Assembly (NCBI GenBank): GCA_015680685.1
Contig: MNCI01002118.1
Location: 533,042-597,041 of the forward strand
From: Gnetum montanum
Lineage: Eukaryota > Plantae > Gnetophyta
DNA: 64,000 nt
Direction: 5' to 3'
Shown here: positions 12,447 through 22,359 of the stretch, one piece after another
Layout of the letters: the number at the start of each line of letters is the position of its first letter
Position numbering within the stretch: the first letter of the stretch is position 1
Made by a program: the position numbers and the translations under genes
Notes under the pieces: model-generated
Told to the model about the DNA's origin: nothing
The model's input: the letters and a program-made list of their open reading frames with translations, nothing else
The model's database searches: none

Positions 12447-14177
12447 CTACAAAATTAGTTTTGTTTTAGATTATCAACAACAGCATAAAAATGCTCATCA
12501 ATTGTTGTAAGGAAACATAATTTACTTCATAATCTAATTGGAAAAGCATTAACATGATTTACTTTACATCAAGATTTGCCTAAAACATTGGAATCATTTA
12601 AAATTTATGTGATAGCTTGCAATGAAGGTCTCGTGGACTTAAAAATGTCAAGTTCTTTTGGTGTCAAATGTATGCCTAGTAGAATACCACACACACACAC
12701 ACAAATAGCAAATGTGTAAAAAGAACTCTAAATCACTGTAAAATCCATTATGGTTCTCAATAATTCAAGCTCACACCCATCTTCTGAAGTAAGAGTGATA
12801 AAATCACCAAGGTAGAGATCAAATTATCTAAGAGCAACAACCTAGAAAGTACTTCAGCTTGTATCTCTATAGACCATGATTTCTCGCCCCTCTTGCCCTA
12901 AATAGATGGAAATGAGAAGAAAGAATCCTTTTTATATTTAGACTGTGCAGCTGAGTTTGATTGGGAAATTTGCATCTGTAGGGGCACACCCCAAGTTGAA
13001 TCTCATCAAACCCTAGGTGGCCTCCTCTCAAGGAATGACTGACCAACATGAAGATTCAATCCCTTGTGTGAAACATGTTACTCTATGTAGTCAATCCTTG
13101 GGTTTTTGACACCCAAGGGTTGGCCCTCACCCATTGGCATCTAGGGGCCCAGAGGAATCCAAACTTGTTCACAAGAGCCCCAATCTAAATTAGGGTTTTT
13201 GGCATCCCCTAGGATATTTGGATGGATGAGTTCCTTAGAACCTTAGCAAGGTTCTTTAGTGAGTTCATTACATTTCATAACTTTACCTCATCCAAGAAGC
13301 ATATAGGCTATGCTAGGTTTTGTGTTTGGCAATCACTTTCTTCTACTGACCCTATGTGCAAGCTCATCCCCTCAAGGGAGGAGGTGTTAGCAATTGAATA
13401 TGAGAATGTTCCAACAAAGATTGTATCTCGTCCCCCCACCCCACCTACTAGGTATGTAATTTGTGGAAAGGAGAACCATGTAATCAAGGATTGTCAAGTT
13501 TGCATTGGGATCACTTCACTCCTTTCCCATCACTCCCTACGTCAATTGAGATCGTTTACCTTCAAGAAACCAAACTTTAGGTGAGCAGAAAGATCTTCTA
13601 TGCTAGCAAGGTTGGACCTTTTTCTTTGTTGATTGCCAAGGGTGGTCTATGAGGCTTGCCACATTCTCCAAGTTAGTAATGGAAACCTTACACAACTCCA
13701 ACTAGAGTATCACCACATTTTTGTAGACTTAAGAAATCTAGCTTACAAATTTCTATGGGCCCTAGGATTGGACAAATCATCTTTAGGAACTACATTAGAT
13801 TGCAACAAAGGTTCCTAATCACAACGCTTGGGTCATGGTGGGAAATTTTAACTAGAGGCTATACAACTAGGAGAAGACTAGAAGAAATTGTGTTGGGCCT
13901 CTAGGGTGTTAGGAATTCCTACAGTTCATTCATGATTTTGGCTTAGTTAATGTTGACATCAAAGGATATCAATTCACCAAAAGTAATAAAAGGAAGGGAT
14001 CAAACCATATCCTCTCCAGGATTAACTGAGTTTGGGTCAACTTTGCTCTTTTTCTCAATAGATGTTTCTCAATCACGGGTCATGAACAGTGGACTTTTGC
14101 TCATAGGGCTCTATTATGCTCTTTTCAAAATATCGTGTGTACTACTTCCCATCCCCTCCAGGATGGCTTTGTCAAGG

Positions 14178-16190
14178 AACGGAGCAATGACACCACGGAG
14201 CGACAGAGCGGAGAAACAAGCAAACAGTGGGGTGTGCATAGGGAAAACGGCCGACGACGGAGCAGCTGACGCAGGAGACACAAACTAGAGGCTCACTGAG
14301 GGGCACGGGAGTGGAGGCAAATAGGTAAGAGGTAGGAATGGCCCAGACCTGATTAGGACCAGGCAGGACCATGTGGTGGCGAGGGGGGGGGAATGAATTT
14401 AGAGCACCAAATGGGAAGATTGAGGCACACTCCCGTACCGATGGTACCATGCACCTCCGTATCAACAAACCACCACCGGAGGGGGTTCAGACGATGCAAC
14501 GAAGCCTTATTGGCCACTTTGTATCCTCGGGAGCCCACCCTCGTATGGAGTTAATCCACAGGTGGGTGAAAGAAAACTGGAAGGTTGGACAAGTGGAGGT
14601 CTAGAGTTTATTTGAGAAGTTGCTCCTGTTCATTTTCCCGGCCCAACAGAATAGGGACATGGTGCTGCTGAGGGGACCGTGGTTCTACACCACCCGAGGA
14701 CTGGCTTTGACCCATTGGCGACTAGGGGCGCACCGCAAGACAGACTTGTTTGCTCGTGCCCCAATGTGGGTGAGGGTGTTCGAGATTCCTTGGGAGATGT
14801 GGAACTTGGGGTTCCTAGAACAGCTAGTGGGGTATTTTGGGGAATTTATCGCTTTCGACAAGGTCACGCAGACAATGGCGTAGATGGGGTATGCCTATTT
14901 TTGCGTATGGTGGAACCTATCTGCCAAGGACCTTGTCAGGGAAATAGTGTTGGAGCTTCTAAGAGGGGAGGAACACCTTCAGGTTGAGTTTGAAAACCTG
15001 GAGGCAGAGCCAAGCAAGGAATAGGGGCCGAAGGCCCAAGAGGCCAGGAGTGGTGGTTGCGAGTGTTGTGGGAAACCTGGATACCACAAAGTTAATTGTC
15101 AATTTCAAATGGCCAGGCTGACGTGGGCGCAGGATTAGGTCCAACAGCTAGTTGATGGCGGGGGTTGGGTTATGGTGGGACATAAGGGTCGACCGACCCA
15201 GCCAACCTCAACTACCCCCCCCCCAAACCACAAACTACCACACCCCCCCCAAAACCACCACAAACACAACCCCCACCCCCCCCCACCCTCCCATGACTTT
15301 CTCCACTTCATCTTTCCCTTGCCCCCCCCCCCCAAATCGGCCCACAACTCTGACACCAACCCCCCCCACACCTCACCATCATCAACCAATCCAACAATGC
15401 CAAGGATACTGCTCCCCCCTAGGCGAATGGGTCAATGTGGTTAGCGGGAGCACCACGTCTCGTAAGCTCCCAGAGAAGGAGCCATCTTCCGAGAACTTAG
15501 GATGTAGCATCCTTTCGAGAACTGACCGGATCTGCATCAGTTCTGACCTCCTTCGACTGGCCACGTGGGTTACGGGATAGGAACCGGTGGCATCGGACCA
15601 TCACTCCCTGGTTTGTCTACTTGGGCCCGAAAGGTACCGAACCCCACGGCCATTTCGTTTTGAGGCAACTTAGTTGTACAAGTCGTGGCTAAGGCCGTTA
15701 GTTGAGGACATCTGGGCAGACTACCGAAAGGGCCAAGGAAACCCTAGGAACTTCCTCAAAGAAGGCTTACTTCATCTAAAGTGGGTTATCCGGGCCCTAC
15801 CAGTGGAGGACAAATTCTCTTTCCGAACGAGTCACACGAAATTTTCTTCAATGGGCCGATGCCACGCACACAAAGCAGACAAGTGCCCAGATCCTCTCCG
15901 CCCTAGATCTGGGCCCGAGCGACGGATCTTGTGGACCGATTCTTTATTCAATCTAGCAACGGGTCAAAACTCCAAGGCATCCACTTTGCTTTCCTCAAAT
16001 GCCTTAAAATGGGAGTTAGGGTTAACCTGCTCCGGCACCATATCCGTCAGACCTCGGTGCATTTCCACCCAGACAAGGGGACATCAACGGAGGATTGCAA
16101 CCGGCGTGAGTCGACCATGCAAGGACTCCAACAGGCTGCCAACTTTGTGGACACAGAGCTTCACCGCAACACGTTGGACATCCTCCATCC
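14178..16190 (+). mobile_element. Younger, multiply internally deleted copy of the same LINE family nested in the old copy
   Basis: Higher GC; ORF1 (SLIGHFVSSGAHP, GPWFY, GLALTHW, CECCGKPGYHKVNC), then EN end (LSRTDRI, SDH, PFRFE), then extension N-domain (VDRFFIQ..LQGIHFAFLKCLKMGVRVNL) fused in frame to a J-domain half (HPD 16066-16074). Confidence 0.8.
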
Positions 16191-17389
16191 TTCACTTGGG
16201 GCTATGTCAAGGGGACCCTCTATTACCCTACCTTTTCATAATTGCCATGGATACAATGAACCAATATTACAAGTCTGAAAGGATGCATAGACTAAACATC
16301 AAAGGGTTCACTTATATTATCAACCACTATGCAAATAACACGATCCTAGTAACAAAGACTATTGTTCCATAGGTGGAGGCTATTGGCAGAGCCCTGGGCC
16401 ATATGTCCCAGGAGCTGGGCTAGGTTTAGCTATCAACTGGGACAAATCCACAACCCACTTCATTCATACAAATGGGGCTATGAAAGGAAAAATTTGTAGA
16501 GCTTTGGGGATCTCTCCAGGGATTTTGGAGGACTCATATCTAGGGATTCCAATGTATGCTTGGCATCAAAATGCTCCTTGGCCCTACTTTATTCAGAAGG
16601 TCCAATCTAGGATGGAGCATTGGACATCTAGATTCTTAACGAGCAAGGGAAAGGTGCATCTTGCATCCTCTATGCTTTCTACTATGGCCAAATACATTGT
16701 TTCAACTACCTTCCTGTCCAAGCAAGTCATTAACAAAATCAACCAAATTATTAGGCATTTCATATGGTCAAGTGGGAAAAGCGGCAACTGGTTGCATCTT
16801 GCTTGCAAGAGAGAGTTGCAAAACCAAAGTTTGTTGGGGGGCTTAGGATGCTAACAATTGAAGACTCTAGCATGCTTGGTCATCATGGTCCCATTAAATA
16901 GATCTCTAAAGACAACCCCAAAGAAGTACCGTCAGTTTCTATCCTTAAACAGAACTATGGGCTACACATAATAATGATTCCCATCTCTGGTGGAATATTT
17001 GCATCCATGTTAAAGCCCTCATTTCTTTGAAGTCAATGCAAGCTAACCTATGGGACATTTTACTACAGAAGTACAAGTCTGTGCCTAGTTGGTAGAAGAT
17101 TTAAAGGGAATAGTTACCAAAAAAAATTAAACTATTTGTCTGGCTTATTGTTCAAGGCATTCTCCTAGTCTGTGCATTCCTTCATAAATGTAACCTTTTT
17201 ATTAACGCCACCTATCCCCTTTGCCACTCGGACCATGAAACTCTACAACACTTCATCACACTCTATCCTTTCTCTACAAATGTCTGGCAAACTTTTGGTG
17301 CTACGCCTCCTCCCCAATTCCATAATGACTCTTCAACGGCCACAATGTTGTGGCATCCATGGTAAGCAAGAAGCAAGCTAATCTTCTGC

Positions 17390-18840
17390 AATGCCCCATG
17401 TCTTAACAGGGCCAAATTGCTGCTCATCATCTTTGCTTGTGAAAGGAAGCCTACGCTGCTATGGGGTCATGACTACCTTCAAGTCAAATTGCACATTGTT
17501 TATGCAAAATCATGTCTTTTAGGAGATGGTGATCCACATTGGTTAGGTTCAGCTCCTTCCTCTTCTAATGGGAAATCCTAACTTCAAAGATGAAGCATTT
17601 TTCAAATGATGGAGGGGGAAACACACACACTTCCAAGGGGTCCAAATTACACTAACTAAAGTTGCTATCTCCTCTTACCTTGGGCTCCATAGGAATGGGA
17701 AAACTGTGGTAGCCCTATCCCAAAGACTGCAAGTGGCTAGGTTCCTAAATCTGTGTTGCCACCCATCTAGTAGAAGGTGACTGAGTTGATCAAAAAGTTT
17801 TTTATCCATTTCAGTAACATCTGGAAGCTCCAAGACAACCACTTTGTGTTTTTGCAATGCATGCAACTGGGTAAAAGAGTGAATCTATCAAAATTTTTCA
17901 TGGTATCTCTTAGGTGTTGCAAACGTGGGAGACATTCAAAGCTTATCCTAGCCCTTCAAACAATGGCTAAACCCTTGGAACCCAACACGACAAAACCTCA
18001 CTACTTTAAGGCAATCTATGTGCATAGACATTTCCTCCAATAGGGTGCTTCATCTTCCTCTACCCTTGAGTGTGCTAGGGGCAAGACTGATGGTGTGGAC
18101 TTGGAGAAAGGGCCAGGCGACAACAACTCTAACCAACAGGGATCAACAATTAAGTAGCAAAATTAGTTCAATCTATGACTGTAACAAAGCAAAAGATGCA
18201 ATTAGGAAGGAGCTAGAGGCTAAGTTTGCTGCTAAACTTAGCAAAGCTACTGTGGGGATGGAACAACAAGTTAGGTAGGAGGGGCAAGCTAGGCAAGAGG
18301 AGGAATGGACTCAACAACAAGAGGAGGAGTCGCACTGTCAAGAGAGGGAAGAGTAGGATAGTCACCAACAAATGATTAAGGAGGCTGTGATGCACATTGC
18401 ACTCAAGGACCAACTCCAACTCCAAATCAAGGAAGATCTTTGCAAAGAGATGGAGTAGTAGCTGGCCAAGGAAGAGTAGGAGGAGGCCCAAAGAGTTAGA
18501 ACTTTCCTTAAAAGAGGAGCAGCTGAGAAGAAGTCAGCATGCATCACATGCTAGACAATGGCTTCAAATAGGCAAGTGCCCTTATGTAGTCATGGGAATC
18601 AACAAGAATGCTTCTTGGGCTGGGCTACAAAAATTTATCCAGCCCACCTCCAATGGGCTACATCCTAACAAGGCCAAGAACCTTACCAAAGGGGCCCAAG
18701 CTCAAAGGGAACAACGTTACAAAGAATTCTAGGAGGCGGTGACCTTTGTGAAATCAAAAAGTTATCAAAATATTCTAGACACAATCTATACACAAGAAAG
18801 TCCGCAACACTCATGCACTAAGCTTTCCTATCCACTCTGA
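17390..18840 (+). pseudogene. LINE C-terminal extension/ORF3: transposon-protein-like domain, coiled coil and J-domain (HPN variant)
   Basis: FQGVQITLTKVAISSYLG; QCMQLGKRVNLSKFFM; E/Q/K-rich KELEAKFAAKL; CPYVVMGINKNASWAGLQKFIQPTSNGLHPNK (HPN 18661-18669); stop at 18838-18840; several internal stops and frameshifts. Confidence 0.8.
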
Positions 18841-19873
18841 TGATAATTTGTTCTTTTTAAATGAGGCTTCTATGTCAAGTGTTTGGGTTTTTAAGGTTTT
18901 GGTTTTGAATTTGACCCATGTACTCACAAGGTCCCATGGAGGGGGCCTATTTTTGTCTCTATCTTCTGCCCACGGATATTGCTAAGGAGTTTCCCTCCCC
19001 AATCCTCCCTTGCCTTTTTGCAATTGAGGGGTTTCCCTCCCCCATTTTTTTGTTTTTTCTCCTATGGGTCTCCTCCCCTATTTTGAGGAGTTTTCCCCCC
19101 ATCTGTAACATCTGATTTGGCTGTAATATAATTTCCATTTTGTTGGAATACCACTAGGATGATGATGATAGTGATTATTCCCAACCTTTTCTTAAGACTA
19201 TATATATAAAAGAAATCATGTGAACCAAATCCACTCATGTACATGTTGCAAGGGAGTTTGTAGGACCCTTAATTGTTAACTGAAAGCAATGACTTGCAAT
19301 TGAAACGGTATCCCTAATATTCAAATATAAAAGAAATTATAAAATAAATGAATGATGAATCATTTGGAATTTTGGACTATCCTAGAATCACAAGAAAACA
19401 AGGCTTCTAAAATATTATATTCCACCAAACATGTATGAATGAAATGAAGCTTGTAACTTTCACAATCACAAAGGCATAAATCAATGGAGCTACTAAATGC
19501 CATGTGTTTTTGTCATGTCAACTAAGAAGGAAGCTCACCTTTAGCTGAGATCACTTTGCATAAAATAACCAAATCGTTTGCAACATATTTGTTAACCTTT
19601 AATAGCTATTCCTAGAAAACCAACTTAATAGATTTTGCCTCAAACTACCCAATATCATCTATTAAAAATGGTTTAAGCATGGCTGGCTGAAAATGCAAAA
19701 TTAGGTAAAACATGCCCTATTACACTGTAAAGGATAATGGGTTTATAAAATGTCAAACACCTGCTGAAATTATTCTAGGATTGCAGAGTTTAAAAAATTT
19801 AAAGAATGGGATCTGTGAATAATATCTCAAAAGTTCAATGGATGACACATAAATCAAGTTTAGACAACTTTAC

Positions 19874-20137
19874 CTGATGCATCCGGGAAGCAGCTAACAG
19901 ACATAATCTTATATATTTTTGGAAGTTGTTGAACTTCAACCGGCTTAAACAAACTACGAACATCGTATATGTTTGTTGTGGTCCCCCTTGCAACCACCAG
20001 TGTGTATCCAGAATGTGACATGCATTCAACTAAGTCACCCTGTCCAAGAGTACCGGCTAGAAACTGACACTCTTTTTCAGAAGCTCGCGTATCCCATAAT
20101 CTCAATGAATTATCCCAGCTACAAGTTACTACTTGGC
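19874..20137 (-). CDS. BUB3: BUB3.3-like exon 4
   Basis: Acceptor tttaagcag; GQVVTCSWDNSLRLWDTR...TLVVARGTTTNIYDVRSL...VSCFPDAS(G); donor gtaaag; 264 nt, phase 1 to 1. Confidence 0.93.
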
Positions 20138-20342
20138 CTGCTTAAAGAAAATATCGTCAATTACAATAAGATAGTTAACCCTAGGAGTAAACAATGTCTT
20201 ATTGTAAACATTTGTATTTCATGTCCTAAAGACTTGCCATTCTACATGGGATAGTTCTGTTGAATTTTTTTTCCAGTTGCACAATTCATCTTTTTCAAAC
20301 ACAACTGATTTGCAAAGTAAAAAGGCATGGTAATTTGCTTAC

Positions 20343-20425
20343 CTGTCAGCTCTAAAAATTCAACACAACTTATAAGGCCATCATGGGTTCCCAGCAAATC
20401 ATTCTGCTCAGTAGAAAAGTCATAC
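20343..20425 (-). CDS. BUB3: BUB3.3-like exon 3
   Basis: Acceptor tttatcag; (R)YDFSTEQNDLLGTHDGLISCVEFLELT(G); donor gtaagc; phases 2 and 1 fit the neighbouring exons. Confidence 0.92.
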
Positions 20426-21002
20426 CTGATAAACACACCATGATGCACAATGAAATAAGGACCGATCATTTACAGGACAATTCCTACTATCACGAAATGG
20501 AGAAAGAGTTTGTAAGAAAATATTCCGATAGCCAACAGTATAGGAACCTAGTAAACTATCATAACTTATTTAAAACAATCCTGCAGTATGAAAGATGTTT
20601 CAATGATAAATATGAACATAATGTTTTAAATAGATAACCTTTTAGATAGATTGTAAAACTAACATTGAAAATGTATTTCTCACCACATCATAGTTTTTTT
20701 TTCTTCGTAGAAAAGTCACACCAGATAAACATAGCATGATGCACATAGGAATAAGGCCCAATGACTTACAGGACAATTCCTATTGTCACTTTATTGGAGA
20801 AAGATTTTTGTAAGAAAATATTCTGATAGCCTACAGTACAGAAACCTAGTAAACTATCATAAGTTACTGAAAACAGTCCTATGAAAGATGTTTCAATAAT
20901 AAATATGAACATGATGTTTTCAGTAGACAACCTTTTAGATAGATTGTAAAAACTAACATTGAAAATATACTTCTCACCACATCATAGTATTTTTTTTTTT
21001 CT
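20411..21002. repeat. About 296-bp tandem duplication including the exon 3 splice acceptor
   Basis: 20411-20706 and 20707-21002 both begin gtagaaaagtca and align throughout. Confidence 0.9.
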
Positions 21003-21528
21003 TTGAGCAAACAAAAGCCCCAATTCTATTATGGCTGGGCCATAGCAAAAAGTTCCGCAAAAATTCCCAAGTACATTATCTAAGAAAAAACCTTACAACA
21101 GTTTAGTAATATAAAAAAGAAAGAGAAATTTTTAAAACAAGGCCTAATGGTTCTGGGATGTCCTTTCAAGTTTTCATCCTTTCAACAAATTTTAGAAAAT
21201 TTCCCTATGGGGTAGAAAAGGATCAGGAATTGTTCACTTTCAATAGTGCCCTGATAAAATAAACCAATACTGGAAAATTCATCTATCTCAATTAAATTAA
21301 CATACATTTGCTAAGCACAAACCCAACTCACTAAGTTCTCCACATTCTGTACTATATTAACCATTCTTTATCAATTGAAATTTCCATCTATTACAGGCCA
21401 AATCATGCCAACACTACTCCCTACAAAGATTCTAGTTGACGCTGCTTCTGCTGAAAAAGCTGTAAGTTAAAATATCTATATATATTTGAACATATTCATC
21501 TAACAATTACTTTAATTAAGGTGTTGGT

Positions 21529-22110
21529 TAATGGAGCAAATTCATTAGAATAATTCTCATATACATAACATTACTGTAACTGCTACATTCTTTTCTTCGG
21601 TTCAAGGTCAGCAGGACAGCTTTAATTATTTATTGTGCCCCAACATGCTTTCCAAATAATGCAAATTCTTTCTTGTTACTTGTCCTGGCTCTTAGATGGT
21701 ACACCATTAGCAACCAGCTGCGAACATAGGTCACTACTGCCTGCTGCACATGCACAGCATTCTTCTACACCTTCTACTGTGTTTGGTAAGGTAGACATGG
21801 GCAGAATAATGTTATTGCAATATAATGGAGCAAATTCATTAGAATTATTTAGTTATGCACAACATGATAATTTGCCAATGTAACTACTACGTTGTTTTTT
21901 TAGTTTCAGGTCAGCTGAACAGCTTTAATTATTTATTGTACCCTAGCATGCTCACCACATCATGCAAATTTTTTCTTCATGCTTGTCCTGGTTCTTACAT
22001 GGTAAAGCTCTAGCAGCTAGCCAAACATAGGTCACTTTTCCCTCTTCACATGCACAACATTCTCCATAGCCTTCCACTGTGTAGAGTACAATAGACATGA
22101 GCAGAATATG
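21529..22110. repeat. About 295-bp diverged tandem duplication in intron 2
   Basis: aatggagcaaattcattagaat...cagctttaattatttattgt...gtagacatg occurs at about 21529 and about 21824. Confidence 0.85.
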
Positions 22111-22359
22111 TAATCTCCATATATTAACAAATTTCTCCTTTAACCATTACCCTGTTACAAATGAAATAAACCATTCTTTGGTGGGACATCTTCCACAAAT
22201 TTTCTTTCATGCATTTTTTTTCACATTTGCCAAAATTTTACCGAGTTTTCTGAACACAATTGATGATTCTACAACTCGGCAAACATATATATGAGAAAAG
22301 AAGAAAGCTTTAATGAGCACTTCTTCTAGATATGGGCTACTGTGAAATCTTCCAAGTTT

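Larger units (their letters stand above)
12800..19150 (+). mobile_element. Old, decayed L1-clade LINE of the J-domain family (ORF1, EN, RT, zf-RVT, extension with J-domain, 3' UTR), interrupted by a younger copy
   Basis: ORF1 DUF4283-like (LIGKFASVGAHP, GLALTHW, YARFCVW, ICGKENHVIKDC); EN GYQFTKSNKRKG..ILSRIN near 13965; RT GLCQGDPLLPYLFII near 16200; YLGIP and FIWS...GGLG; zf YPLC..ETLQH near 17220; extension 17390-18840. Boundaries are approximate. Confidence 0.85.

Noticed and set aside
15135-15580. Pro/His/Thr-rich extensin-like ORFs
   Set aside because: Low-complexity C-rich tail of LINE ORF1
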